Part shown: piece by piece, positions 36,170 to 49,727 of the stretch
Layout: each line of letters begins with the position of its first letter
Position numbering within the stretch: position 1 is the stretch's first letter
Assembly (NCBI GenBank): GCA_965112735.1
Contig: OZ218954.1
Span: forward strand, 3,038,001-3,102,000
DNA length: 64,000 nucleotides
Origin: Phaeosaccion multiseriatum
Taxonomy: Eukaryota; Protista; Ochrophyta, other classes
Reading direction: 5' to 3'
Made by a program: the position numbers and the translations under genes
The notes under the pieces: generated by a model
Told to the model about the DNA's origin: nothing
Database searches by the model: none
The model's input: the letters and a program-made list of their open reading frames with translations, nothing else

Positions 36170-39022
36170 CAAATCTCTGTTTTTTTCTCTCTCTCCATCC
36201 CTCGTCCCCTCCATCCCCTCCTCCCTCCCTTCCTCCCTCCCTTCGTCCCTCTCCCTCTCCCTCTGTATCACCAACAGGTCGAAACAGATGCACTATCCCA
36301 CCTTCTCCCCGCCATCCCCCTGCCCAAATTCGAGGATGCGTCCACCGTCGCTGGTGAGTGGGTTGGCAATTGGCCGCAACCCGATTGACAGAGCTGATGA
36401 GCTGTATCACCAACTGCTGTTTTCACGTGTATCACCAACAGGCGTGTACGCGTACTTCGAGTCACAGCTGGCGCAGATCATGCAGGACGAGGGCATCATG
36501 ACGGTGTACCAGGACCTGAGGGAGCTCGGAAACGCTCTGCACCTGCTCAAGGTACATGTAGGACAAGAAGAGAACATGTCAGCAAAAGAGAGAAGGACCA
36601 TGACGTACTACCATAACATTTAAAGCAACCATGGAATCAATCACGTCGATCCTCCACATTACATCATCACTGAACGAATGAATGCCTCTCAACTCAACGC
36701 CCTCCCTCCCTCCCTTCCTCCCTCCCTCTCTATCTCCTTCCCTCCCTCCCTCCCTCCCTCCCTCCCTCCCTCCCTCTCTCTCTCTCCTTCCCTCCCTCCC
36801 TCCCCCCCCCCCCGAACACTACCAGGATCTCGGCAACATCGTTGCTGCGCAAGACAGCCTCCGCTATGTGCACTGCCTGCCCTTTGTGGGCAACACGGCA
36901 AGCAAGGCTTGGGACCCCAGCAGGACTCGAGTAGGCGCCTCCTTCAAGACTGTCACCATGGCCCTGGAGGTGAGTGGAGGGAGTAGTCAGTAGTAAGTCA
37001 ATGGGAGGAGAGTACGATAGTGAGTAAGTCAGTGGGGGTGCAGTAGTTCGTAAGTCAGTGGGATTACGTCAGTGGGAGTAAGTCAGTGGGTGGGCTGAGT
37101 TGGGGTGGGTATGGGGCTTCCTTCAAGACTTGTCGCCATGGCCTTGGAGTCATCCGTCAGTTGGAGTTTGTATTTTGTATTTTGAAGGGCAGTTAACGAA
37201 ACCCACATTTCTTTAAATGTCTCGTCGGCCAAGCATGGCTCACAACTGACAACACAAGCACCCGACAACAACTTGTCCACTGTCTGGCATGCATGCACGG
37301 GTCACAAATGGCTCACGAATGGGGCTCGCCAACGGACCAACAGGCGATGAAGAGCGGCCGTGCTGACCTCGGACAGGCCCTTGACGTGTGCGCGGCGGAG
37401 GCACAGGAGCTTTGCCGCCTATCTGGGGAGTCGCGCAGTCTGTTCCATCAGGTGCTCAGGAGGATGGACGCTGCCTTGGATACGACTGTGGTGAGTTAGT
37501 GAGTGAGGGAGGGAGAGAGGGAGGGAGGGAGGGAGTGAGTGATTGAGTGAGTGAGTGATTGAGTGAGTGAATGTGTGAGTGAGTGAGAGGGAGGGAGGGA
37601 GGGAGGGAGAGAGGGAGGGAGAGAGGGGGCGAGGAAGGAAGGAAGGAAGGAAGGGTCGTAGGGAGGGAGGGAGGGGGGGAAGGAAGGGTCGTAGGGAGGG
37701 AGAGAGGGAGGGAAGGAGAGAGAGGAGGCTTGTGCTGATATGTTGCCTCCCCCTCCTGCCCATACACCTCTACCCTAGCCTGCATCACCCCCCAACTGCC
37801 CCACCCCAACCCCATCATACCCATATACCCCCACCCATACACCAATATGCTGCTACTCTAAACATACCCCCCACCCATACACCTCCACACACCTACACAC
37901 CTCTATGCTGGCGAAGCTCGGAGGAGACGGCCGAGCGGTGTTCCGCGGCCCCCCTCCCCCTAACGGAGTGGTTGACCTCGAGTCCTTCTCCTCCTTCGCG
38001 CGCACCTTTGGAGTCCTCAACTTCCTCTTTTGTGCACCGCCGCCGGACAACAGGTGCAGGGAAATCCAACAGTATCACCAACGTGCATACAAGGGGGTGG
38101 TGGGTGGGCTTGGGAGACGTATAGCAAGACTTTTAACCCCCGCATTTCCCCCTCATTGCCTCTCTCCCTCCTTACGTACGTTTCTCTCTTCCCTTACGTA
38201 CGACTTATGTAAAAGCAGGGCAGTGAGCAACTACGTGCAGTACGGGGACGGGTTTGCCCTCGGGGGGGCGGCGGTGGTGCACCTGTTGGGTCACCGCAGA
38301 CACTTCCAATTGGGTGACCTCAGTCACAGGGTGCTGGCAGCCAGCGAGAGGTTCGTGTCGTTTCTTGTGTGTGGTATTAGGGCTGTTGCGTCGGGTGTGG
38401 TGTAGAGCAGTGGATTGGATCATGTAGAGGACTGGGTTGGACCGTATCGGATGTGAAGAGCAGTGGATTGGACTGTAGTGGAGGAGAAGGGCAGTACTGA
38501 ATCGGATGTGTGGAGTGGATTGGACTGTAGTGGAGGAGAAGGGTAGTACTGAATCGGATGTGAAGAGCAGTGGATTGGACTGTAGTGGAGGAGAAGGGTA
38601 GTACTGAATCGGATGTGTGGAGTGGGTTGGACTGTAGTTGAGGAGAAGGGCAGTACTGAATCGGATGTGTGGAGTGGATTGGACTGTAGTGGAGGAGAAG
38701 GGTAGTACTGAATCGGATGTGAAGAGCAGTGGATTGGACTGTAGTGGAGGAGAAGGGCAGTACTGAATCGGATGTGAAGAGCAGTGGATTGGACTGTAGT
38801 GGAGGAGAAGGGTAGTACTGAATCGGATGTGAAGAGCAGTGGATTGGACTGTAGTGGAGGAGAAGGGTAGTACTGAATCGGATGTGTGGAGTGGATTGGA
38901 CTGTAGTGGAGGAGAAGGGCAGTACTGAATCGGATGTGTGGAGTGGATTGGACTGTAGTGGAGGAGAAGGGTAGTACTGAATCGGATGTGTGGAGTGGAT
39001 TGGACTGTTAGCGGTCACTCTA

Positions 39023-39055
<33 letters not shown>

Positions 39056-42000
39056 CCTACCTCGCCCTCTCTATCATCCTCCCTCCTTCTCTCCCCTCCC
39101 TCCTTCCCTTCCCCTCCCTCCTTCCCTTCCCCTCGCTCCGCTCCCTCCCCTCCCCCCATTCAGCGAGCTCATCTCCGCCGCCCTTCGCAGCAAGCTTCAT
39201 CAGCCCGGGGAGGGAGGAGGGCCAGGAGGACACAGAGGAGGGCACAGAGGCAAGAGCGATAACGTAGACCCTGCCACAGAGCAGCGATCAAGGGCCTTTG
39301 CCAGCACCGCTCGACAGCACAAGACCCTCTTCGCGGAGTTCTTTACCGCCTTGGATAAGACCCTTCCCAAGGGAGGGATGGCAGTGGATGGAGGAGGGCA
39401 GGGTGGGGGTGGGGGTGGCTTGAAGATGACCGTGTTCCACCCCCCCAAGGACGAGCACGAGATGGAGGCCCGCGTGGAGGCGGCGAAGAAGGGCATGTCA
39501 CACTACACAAGCCCTGTTAGGGCACCCTCGCTGGGCGCGACGCTGGGCGACGGTCCTTGGTCCACAGCAGGTGTGTGCGTGTGTGTGTGTGTGTGTGTGT
39601 GCTTGCGTGCGTGTGTGTGTGCGCGCGTGTCTCTCTCATCCCTCTGCATGTACACAAGAACCCCACTATATGTTGAGTCTGCGGATCTGCCCTGCCCCTG
39701 TCTCCTCCCGCTGCAGGTTGTATTGTAGAGTGGGGGGTCTCCCTCGCCCTCTTCTTCCTTGACTCTCTCGCCTGTGTTCTTCCTTGGCTCCTGACGCTCC
39801 TGCTGTGCATCTCTCCCCCTCAAATTGTGCTCCTCTCCTCTCCTCTCTTCTCCTCTCCCCTCCCCTTTCCTCCCCTCCCCTCCCCTCCTCTTCTCTCCCC
39901 TCCCCTCCCCTCCCCTCCCCTCCCTTCTCCCCTTCCCTTCCCTCCCCTCTCCCCTCCTCTCCTCCCTTCACTCCTCCCCTCCCTCCCCTCTCCTCTCCTC
40001 CCTTCACTCCTCCCCTCCCTCCCCTCTCCCCTCCTCTCTTTTCCTCCCCTCCCCTCCTCTCCCCTCTCCGCTCCTCTCCACTCTTCCCTCCCCTCCCCTC
40101 TCCACTCTTCCCTCCCCTCCCCTCTCCCCTCTCCCCTCTCCTCTTCTCCCCTCCCCTCCCCTCCCCTCCCCTCCCCTCCCCTCCCCTCCTTTCCTCTCCT
40201 CTCCTCTCCTCTCCTCCTACCACCCCAACAACCAAACAGTGGCAGGCCTGGATCCATTCAGCCCCCCGCTCAACGGCAGAGGCAAGTCCGAACCCCCAGG
40301 CGGGGGCAGTAGTGGCTTTGCTCTCTCTTCCTCTTCCTCTTCTGCTTCTGCTTCTGCTTCTGCATCCAAAATCCCCTTCGACCCCTTCGAATCCATATCT
40401 ACCAGGTGAGTGAGTGAGTGAGTGACGGGGGGATTGTAGTAGATGGATGGTAGTGGATGGATGGCAGTGGATGGATGGCATTGGATCATCAATCCTGTGT
40501 TCTCACTCACTCACTTACTCACTCCATTCCTTCCTCCCTCCGTCCCTCACTATCTCACTCACTCACTCACCTACTCACTCACTCCCTCCGTCCTCAATTA
40601 TTCACTCATCAATCGTGAGGCCCGTGAGTGAGGCCATGAGGCCGTGAGGCGCATCTTATTTGACCCCTCCTCTCCGCTCTGTTGCCATTTTGTTGCCTTG
40701 CCCGTTTTCTGTCCCTCCCGCACCACTGCTGCTACTGCACCCCCACGCGCCCACGTACATCCTTACTCGTCGATCACCCTTCCACTCGAACCATCAACCA
40801 TCCAACCAATCAATGAATCAATCAAATCACAGTGGAGGAAGCGGAAGCTTGAACCCTTTCGGCACCACCACCACCACCTCCTCCTCCTCGCTCGCGTCAC
40901 CCCAGGCGGGAGCAGGTCCCTCCTCCAAGCCCCCTCGGGGAGATGCCCGGGGGGGTACCCAGGGGGTCTCCTCCTCCCTCACTTCCATCTCCAGAGCTAC
41001 CTCCTCCTCTGGCCCCAGCCACAGTGCTTCCCGAAGCTTGCCTGGCTCTCCTTTGGCTGCCAGCTCTTCCCCGTCGGGAGGGGCATCGGGTAGTAGAACC
41101 ACGGCGAGAGCGAAAGAAGCAGCGCTTTCCACGGTGTGTGCATGTGTGTGTGTGTGTGTGTGTGTGCATGTGCGTGCATGTATGTGTGTGCATGTGTGTG
41201 CCTCTTTTTTCGCCATCCCCTTCCACGGAGTGTATGTCGCTCTTGGGGTTTGCTTTCGCTCACGGTCTGCCCTCTCCGTCGGCATCTAACCCACCCATCC
41301 CTTCTGTCCACCCCTGGTCACCCCTGCACTCCCTCCCTTCCTCCCCTCCCTCCCTCCCTCCCTCCCTCCCTCCCCTCAGCTCTCCACAATGGGCTTCAGT
41401 CGCGAGCGATCCGAGGCTGCCCTGTCCAAGACTGGTTGGGACACTGCCCGCGCTGTCGATGCCCTCTTGGCAGAGGGCCCCAGCGGAGCTTCACCCTCTT
41501 CCAAGTCGCAATCGCCCTCAAGGTGGGTAGAGGCATATGGGGGTGGGTAGAGGCACTCACTCACTCACTCACCCACTCACTCACTCCCTCACTCACTCAC
41601 TCACTCGCTCCGTTTCTAACTCCCTCACTCACTCACTCACTCACTCACTTACTCATTCACTCACTCACCCCCTCACTCACTTACTCACTCACATAATTGC
41701 TCACTCACTCGATATGCTCGTCCCCTCTCCCATCCTGTGTCTTGCTGCTTCACAATGTGGTGCTCTACCCTCACACCGCGCATCGCCAACACACACACAG
41801 CCTCCCTGAGTCCACATCAGACCCTAAGCTTGCCAAGGAGGGGGGAGGCAAGAAGAAGAAGGAGGGCGTTAAGCAGAACGACCTGTTCTACACAGCCGCC
41901 ACAGACGTTCTCGTGCCCACAGCAGGAGGAGCAGGAGCAGGAGCACCAGGAGGAGGAGGAGCAGCAGCAGCAGGAGGAGGAGGAGGAGGTGCAACAGGAG

Positions 42001-43529
42001 GAGGGCTGTTTGCTACCCATATGGGACCCGGTGGTTTGCTGGGACAGGGGGGTCCGACTGCAGGAGGGTTAGGGTCTTCGGGTTTGCAGCCTCCACCTTC
42101 GAAGCAGGACCTCATCTCTGCATTGGATCCCGATGCGGTGGCTTCGTTTGATGCCAGTGGGGCAGCGGCGGCCACTAAGGCGGCAGCCTTGACGAATGCC
42201 ACAGCAGTTGGTGATACATCACGAGGAGCAACAGGAGGAGCAACAGGAGGAGGAGGAGGAGCCTCGACGACAGTCCCCCCCCACAGCCGTCGCTTCTCTG
42301 CTCCTCCAGGAGCGGTTCCTCTCATGGCGGCATCATCCCCCTCACCTTCATCTACATCCTCATCCTCGTCGTCATCTGCAGGCATGGGAGGGGCAGGGGG
42401 AGTGTCGCAAGGGGGAGGGGTGCGAGGACCATCACACCACGCTAGTGCAAGTATGTCACCCCCACCCTCCCGGGCGGTGGGGGGCAGTGGGCTTGGCCCG
42501 GGGGGGGTACCTTTGCCGCCCCAGGGGGGTTTGCCACCCCAGGGGGGTTTGCCGCCCCAGGGGGGTTTGCCGCCCCAGGGGGCATCCAATGCTCCTGCTG
42601 CTCCGGCCCCAATGTACCCATCGCAGCAGCCGCAGCAGTTGGGGCTTCAGCAGCAGCAGCAGATGCAGCAGCAGGGCGTTATCAGTCAGGCTCCTCGGGA
42701 CCGGCGCTACAGTGCGCCACCCACCTCCATTGTCAACGCGCAACAACAGGCCTTCGAGCAGCAAAAGCTCGACCTTCAGCGCAAGCACGAGCAGCAAAGG
42801 AAGGCGCTGGCGGCGAGGAGGGCGAGCGATGGGGTTGGTGATACAGCAGCAGCGGCAGCAGTTGGTAGTACAGCAGTTGGTAGTACAGCAACTTCTTCTG
42901 CTACTTCTACTGGTGCTGGTGCTGGTGGTGCAGGGCCGGGTGCTACTACAGCAGTTGGAGGTTCAGGGGTCCGGGGATCGGCGCCGCGAACGGCGGCCCC
43001 GGTGGGAGGCATGCATTACAAGCCCCCAGCGGCTTCTGGGCCAACTGCTGCCGCTGCTGCCAAGGCTGCCACAGCTGCCAAGGCTGCTGCTGTCATACCA
43101 CCTGCTGCTTCTGCTTCTCCAACTCCTGGTGCTACAGGGCCTGGTGCTTCAGCTGCTGCCAATGCTAGCAAGACTGGTGCTCGGGGCGGCGCGCCGAGAG
43201 GAGGAGGAGCCGTCGGGCCAGGAGTTGGGGTGCCACCGAGGGGGATGGCGGCAGAGAGGCAGCGGAGGGTGAGTGTGGACGGGGGGGCGCTGGGCGGGGC
43301 TGCTGTACCACCAACTGCTGCCCATGCCGGCCCCATGGCTGCTCAGCAGATGCAGCAGCAGCAGCAGCAGATGCTGATGCAGCAGCAGCGACAGCAGCAG
43401 CAGCAGCAACAGCTCAGGTTGCAGCAACAGCAGCAACAGCAGCAACAGCAGCAACAGCAACCTCGGGCCATGATGCCGGCTTCAGCCTCTATGCAGCCCA
43501 TGCCTCGTGGAGGCGGAGCTGTGGGGCTA

Positions 43530-43580
<51 letters not shown>

Positions 43581-43696
43581 ATGCAGCTGCAACAACAGCG
43601 TCAGCTTCAGCTCCAGCAGCAGCAACTGCAGCTTCAGCAGCGCCAGGGCGGGTTGGGCGCGGGGGGGGCTGTACTCATGCCCCAGCAAGGGAGCAT

Positions 43697-43749
<53 letters not shown>

Positions 43750-43810
43750 TCAGGATGCAGCAGCAGCAGCAGCCTCGACCGGGCATGGTGGGAGGGAGTA
43801 TGATGTCTCC

Positions 43811-43848
<38 letters not shown>

Positions 43849-44183
43849 TCAGGATTCAGCAGCAGCAACAACAATTGCAGCAGCAGCAGCAGCCTCGACC
43901 GGGCATGGTGGGAGGGAGTATGATGTCTCCCCAGCAGCAGCAGCAGCAGCAGTACTTGAATCAACAGCAGCAAATGGTGATGCAGCAACAAGCAGGCTCA
44001 CAAGGACAGGGACAGGGGCAGCAGGGGATGATGCCCCCTCGGGGAGTGATGGGTGGGCAGCATATGGGCATGCCACAACAACAGCAGCAGCAGCAGCAGC
44101 AGCAGCCGCAGCCGGGTGGAAATCCGAACCAGCAGCAGCAGCAGGGGCCCAGGGGGGCGGGCTGGGGTGCAAGTAGGAACTAA
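26766..44183 (+). CDS. CYFIP: CYFIP/SRA1/PIR121 (WAVE regulatory complex subunit) with a C-terminal DPF/NPF, UBA and Gln-rich extension; about 29 exons
   Basis: [120 protein letters not shown] and [17 protein letters not shown] all follow CYFIP in order. Downstream exons 39191-39570, 40240-40405, 40833-41133, 41380-41522 and 41801-44183 join in phase. Confidence 0.88.
33459..33700. repeat. Intronic (gtgagtgaagtgg)n satellite
   Basis: Directly visible 13 bp units with variants. Confidence 0.9.
38464..39008. repeat. Intronic minisatellite, about 10 units of 52 or 55 bp
   Basis: Core tggattggactgtagtggaggagaaggg(c/t)agtactgaatcggatgtg followed by tggag or aagagcag. Confidence 0.95.
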
Positions 44184-44614
44184 GGCCTTTGTCGTGCCTA
44201 AAAACGAAAATCCACAATATACATTTGTCTTTAAAACCCACAAATGATGTTGTAGGAAGTTGCGCGTTGTCCCAAACAAAACAGACTGTCCGCCGTGGCC
44301 TCTATTATCTATCTATCTACACACCCCGCTCGGCCTAACCACTCGTCCCTCCCTTCCTTCTCATGGTCGGCCGGCCCTGGGCCTGTCCTCCACTCTCAGT
44401 CGCTTCACCAAAGCAAAGCGCCTTCCTCGTGTGCTTCATCTGGCTGCTTCATCGCCAGTACAGCTGCCCCCTTCTTCCCCGCAGCCTATAACCAGCGTAG
44501 GTAGGTAAGGACTCGCTCAGGTTGTCTCCCTCCTCTTCCGAATCTTCATGATACATACCCAAAGCAAACCCCTCCTTCTCTCTATCTTCTCTTGTCCCTC
44601 ACCCCAAGCACGGC

Positions 44615-47600
44615 TTAAATGCAGCTGCTACCGGACCACGAGCATGCGAAGGCAGATCCTGCCCAGCAGTTGCACGAGTCAGCGTCGGTGAAGGCACCGC
44701 AGCTACCTGCCCACCCCAGGGAGGCGCAGTTGACGCCCGTGGGAGGTGCCACCGGGGGAGGAGTGGGGGCTGTCACAGGAGGGGGAGTGGGCGCTGGGCC
44801 ACCGCCACCACCGCCAGTGCCGCAGCTGCTACCGGACCACGAGCACGCGAAGGCAGACCCCGCCCAGCAGTTGCACGAGCCGGCGTCGGTGAAGGCACCG
44901 CAGCTACCTGCCCACCCCAAGGAGGCGCAGTTGACGCCCGTGGGAGGTGCCACCGGGGGAGGAGTGGGGGTTGTCACAGGAGGGGGGGTGGGCGTTGGGC
45001 CACCGCCACCACCGCCAGTGCCGCAGCTGTTGCCGGACCACGAGCATGCGAAGGCAGACCCCGCCCAGCAGTTGCACGAGCCAGCGTCGGTGAAGGCACC
45101 GCAGCTACCTGCCCACCCGAGCGAAGCGCAGTTGACGCCCGTGGGAGGTGCCACCGGGGGAGGAGTGGGGGCTGTCACAGGAGGGGGAGTGGGCGCTGGG
45201 CCACCGCCACCACCGCCAGTGCCGCAGCTGGTGCCGGACCACGAGCACGCGAAGGCAGATCCTGCCCAGCAGTTGCACGAGTCAGCGTCGGTGAAGGCAC
45301 CGCAGCTACCTACCCACCCCAAGGAGGCGCAGTTGACGCCCGTGGGAGGTGCCACCGGGGGAGAGGTGGGAGGTGCCACCGGGGGAGAGGTGGGAGTGGG
45401 TGTGGGAGGAGCGGTTTCCGGGGCGTAGATGGCGTCTGTGCACAGCTCAAATGGCAGGATGGGGTTAGGGTAGTTCTCCGTGGATGCAGGTAGAGGAGAC
45501 TGCAACAGCAGCAACGACGGAAGGGCAGGAAGGGGTAGGGCAGCAGCCAAGGGAGGGTTGGGGTGAGATCGACTGTGTATGAGGGGGAAGCAGCAGCACA
45601 AGCAGCAGTAGCAGCAGCGAAGCTTCGAAAGGGCACACACACTCGCATGATGGGACCCCGAGTCTGAGGTGAGGGGAGGGGGAGAGGAGTGAACAAACTC
45701 AAACTTACGTTGGGCCCGAGCTCCACGCAAGATCCAAACGAGGACTGCTGACCAGTGCCTAGTTGGTTGCCCGAGCTGATGCCAATATCGTAGAAGGCCG
45801 CTCGGCCGCCTACATTCCATGTGCCTGAATGAAGAGAAGCACAGCATAAGGGGGTGGGGGAGATGAAACCGAAGAGGAAAGGGAAGATTAGAACCCGCTG
45901 CTGTCTCAGAAAACACCCCTGGCTGCCGCTCTCTGCCTCTTCGAGGGCAAGAAGGGCAAGGTAAAGGCAGGCAGGCGGCGAGACAAGCTGAAGCGCCCTC
46001 CCCACAAGACGTTAGGTAGCTTATAGGTAAATAAGCATATGGAACAGGGCGTGTGTGTGTGTGCTCTTCCTCCTTCCTTCCTTCCTCCTTGTCACCTTCG
46101 AAAGCCCACAGAGCCGTGTCCGAGATTCCGATGAACACCGCATCGGAGAAGAGGCTGAGCGTTGAGCATCCAGTCACCGCGGACACGCGGGCCCCGTTCT
46201 CCTGTAGAGCGAGGGCACAAGCCACAGAGAGAGAGAGAGAGAGAAGCAGTGGTCAGCCTCGGAGCTTTCTTTGGGCGGCTGAGACTTGCTTGCCCCTCCA
46301 AGGGAGTTGTATGTCTGTCCGTTACAAATCACGACTGCCCTTTCCACCCATCAGTCCCTTCACTCTCTCCCTCCCTCACTCACCCAGTCAAGGAAGAAGA
46401 CCGGCACTTGGAAGGTAGCAGCGGCGCCATTGCCGTTGAGGCTCAGGGCTGTTCCGGTTCCGTCGCCCTGGAAAGTGATGGTGGTGGAAAAGAAATCACC
46501 GCGAGCCTGGAGAGAGGCTCCTCCACTGCCTCCGTTGCATCCTATGCCGCTTCCGATGGCGAAGGACACGCCGTCAAACACCACGTCGAAGAGGCCCGAC
46601 CTCTCGCCGCTGAAGTCAACGAGGGAGATCTGTTGGGGGGGGGTGCGGGTTGGAGGCAAGTAGGGGAGGGAGGGAGCGTACGTGAGACAAGACAGGTTCC
46701 TTTCTTTCTCGACTCGTCAGAGACTCGTAGACGGTGGTGATGTATGAGCTTTGGTCTGATGAGGTGAGGTAAGGCTAGTGTCTGTGTGTGTGTGTGTGTG
46801 ATGCTTACAATGAGGGTTTCGCCCTCTTCGGCGACGGTTACGAGCTGGCTGGTGCCGTCGCCGCAGACGAGGTCGGGTGCAGCAGTCCAGATGGTGGTCA
46901 GCGTGTCGAAATCGAACTCCTCTGCGGCACAGGGAGGGGAGCGGGTGCACACAACAGAGGTCGAGGGCTTCGTATCAGCACTGGGACGATGAAGATAGGG
47001 GTGCAAGTGAACGAAAGCAAGCAATCCATCTCACCACCCCCACCCGAGTAGCTTCACCTCACTCCTCTCTCTACGTGCAAGCCTCACTCCTCGATCACTC
47101 ACTTCTCATTCCCTCGCAGGCGCTAGGAAGCTCCACCCCGTTGTATCGAAGGGAGTCTCCGTAAATGGCATCCGTGCACAGCTCAAAGGGCAGGATGGGG
47201 TTAGGGTAGTTCGCCGAGGATGACGGCGTAGGCACCTGCAAATCGGAGGAGACAGAAGGGCAGGGTAGGGGGCAAGGCTTGGGGGTGAGATCGACATCCC
47301 ACTGCACAAGAGGGCGTAGGAGTGCCTGCAAGCAGCCAGAGATGTGCAGCAGTGGGGACGGCGGAGGGCGAATACACTGAAACTGAAACTGGCAGCAGCA
47401 GCCAGCAGCAAGGAAGGCTTCGAAAAGACATACACAGGCACGGCGGGGGACATTGAGTCGAGAAGAATGAGAGGGGAGAGGCAGGCAGGGCGGTAAAAGA
47501 AGATACATACAGGAGCAATGGCACACACTTACACCGGGGCCGAGCTCCACGCATGTTCCAAACTGAGACTGCTGCCCCGTGCCTCGCTGATCGGCCGGTG

Positions 47601-48933
47601 TGGCGACATCGTGGAAGGCAGCTCGGCCTTGCACTTCCCACGTGGCTGGGGAAGGGGAGGGGGGGTAGAGTTTGCATTTGCATCGAACGTGAGCAATAAG
47701 CAACGACAAACAACAACACTTCATTGGCCCAGCCACCCCACCCGCAAGGCCACGCACACGACACACAGAGCCCAGTTGTTGTTCCGCCTTCCTCAGAGTC
47801 ACATACACACAGTCCCAGTTCTCTGCTGCTCACTTTCAAAAGCGGACAGTCCGGTGCCTGTGATGCCGGTGAAGATGGCATCGGACCCGAAGGTGAGCTT
47901 GGTGGAGCAGGAGGACTGAGCCGACGCATCGGCTCCATTTTCCTGCAAAGAGAAGAGCGGACGGTGCCCACAAAGCAAAGCGGGCAGACACGATAGGGCG
48001 GGCAGACAAGGCAAGAAGGCAGACAAGCAGGTGGTGAGGTAGGAAGGAAGGAGACAAGCGGTTGGCCAGCAAAGGACTGGCTGTTGGGGCTTTGCTGTTG
48101 TTGCTTAGACAACTCACCCAGTCGTTGAAGAAAGCCGGCACATTGATGTCCACATCGGCACCGTTGCCGCTGAGAGACAGTGCTGTTCCACTTCCACTGC
48201 CGTTGAAGGTGACCGACCCCTCCGCCGCATCTCCGTTGATGTCCAAGGAGGCTCCCCCGGAGCAGGAGGATGTAGCGAAGCTGCCGACAGAGAAGGTTAC
48301 GCCATCGAAGACGACGTCGTAGGTGCCAACGTCGATCTGTGGTTGTTTGGTTGGGGAAGGGTAGGGGGGAGGGGTACGAGAGGGGTGGAGCGTCAGAGAC
48401 GTCAGGCAACGGAGTTTTCATCCCTCCAGGCCTACTTACAATCAAGGATTGGCCCTCGTCCGTGACATCGACGGCCTCGCCGCTGCCACAGGTGAGGGAT
48501 GAGGAAGCGGTCCAGGTGGTGGTGTCGCTGTCCGCATCGTACGTCGCTGTGTGATGGTCAGAGCAGAGAGAGGGCATGGAGCGAGCGGCAAATAGGAGGC
48601 AGCACACCACAGGGATGGAGAGCGCAATGAGTGAGCCACCTGTGTGTGTGTACAGGAGACGAGATCCTTGCCACAGGCATCGTACGGAACAAACAAGAAC
48701 CTCCAAAACGGGGTGGACTCGGAGAGGATGCCATGCATGCCCGCACGGTCCACCTCAAGAACAGGGCGAGAGTCTCAGCCATTGCAATGTGTGCATCCCG
48801 CGCAAGCTCCCCATCCAAGCCTGTACTCACATGAGAGGTCGCACCCGGACGGCAGAGAAACCTCCGCGGCCAACGAGAGAGACGCCGCAGTTCCGAGAAG
48901 CAGTAAGCTGAGGCGCTGGCGGGCACTCGCCAT
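44615..48933 (-). CDS. Secreted protein: signal peptide, two tandem ~200 aa domains of unknown family, then four 6-Cys modules with Pro/Thr linkers; about 11 exons
   Basis: MASARQRLSLLLLGTAASLSLAA signal peptide. Paired exons TWTASSSLTCG/IWTAAPDLVCG, DVVFDGVTF/DVVFDGVSF, ENGA, GRAAF..GTGQQS.FG.CVELGP and NYPNPILPFELCTDAIY each occur twice. The last exon has four 201 bp repeats. Confidence 0.8.
44619..45345 (-). repeat. Four coding tandem repeats of 201 bp (67 aa)
   Basis: The same marker recurs at 44641, 44842, 45043 and 45244. Confidence 0.95.
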
Positions 48934-49727
48934 GCCGGTGCAGTAGGTACGTAGGTAGCTGCTGCTGTCCTTGGATACAGATTCCACCCAACAGGCAGGT
49001 GCTTGTGTGTTTGTGGGAAGCACAAGCGCGGCCTCGTCTTTATCTTTTCTTTTCTTTTCCCTAACTTACTTTTTTCATGTTGTATCTGAACTTATTTGAT
49101 TTTCGGGCCGATTTTCGGCCCTTTTCGTTCGCGGGAGCCCTTCTGTCCATTTTCCCTTTGTGAAAGATTTAACATCTCCAGCAAGGGGTTCTTTTTTTTC
49201 CCCCTTTCTCAGCAGCCCAACTCCAGTGCACCAGCAACTTCCACACTTTCTCTGGCCGTCATGCCGTGCCGTGACGAGTGAGCCGTGGAGTTGCGTGAAG
49301 AGCTCTGGTATGAGACCCTACGGCCAGCAGGAGCTGAGAGCACCCTTTCCCCTTCTAACCGCTCTAGCTAACATCCGCTAAGGAAAAGGGGGGGGGGAGG
49401 GGGGATGTAGGTATGCGCGCGCGTGTGTGTGGGTGCATGTATATGTATATGTGTGCATGTGGGTGTGTGAGTGTGTGAGTGTATGGGTGTGCGTGTGGGT
49501 ATTTGGGTGTTGGAGTGGGAGGGGGGGAAGGTGGGGTGTGGATGACGTGTCCCCTGTTGAGATAAATCGTTGTCGACACTAGATATCGATCTCTTCCCGC
49601 CTCCGTTTACTTCTTTCTTAAGGTGCTATGTAGCTAATAAGACGCTTTCCCGCAGCTCGTGCAAGTACGTCACTAGTCTCTAGGAGAGAGACATCACAAC
49701 GCGACAATTGTCGGTCGAATTCTTAAA

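Noticed and set aside
38464-39008. Regularly spaced repeats resembling a CRISPR array
   Set aside because: The spacers are not unique (only two short variants), there are no cas genes, and the array is inside a spliceosomal intron. It is a minisatellite.
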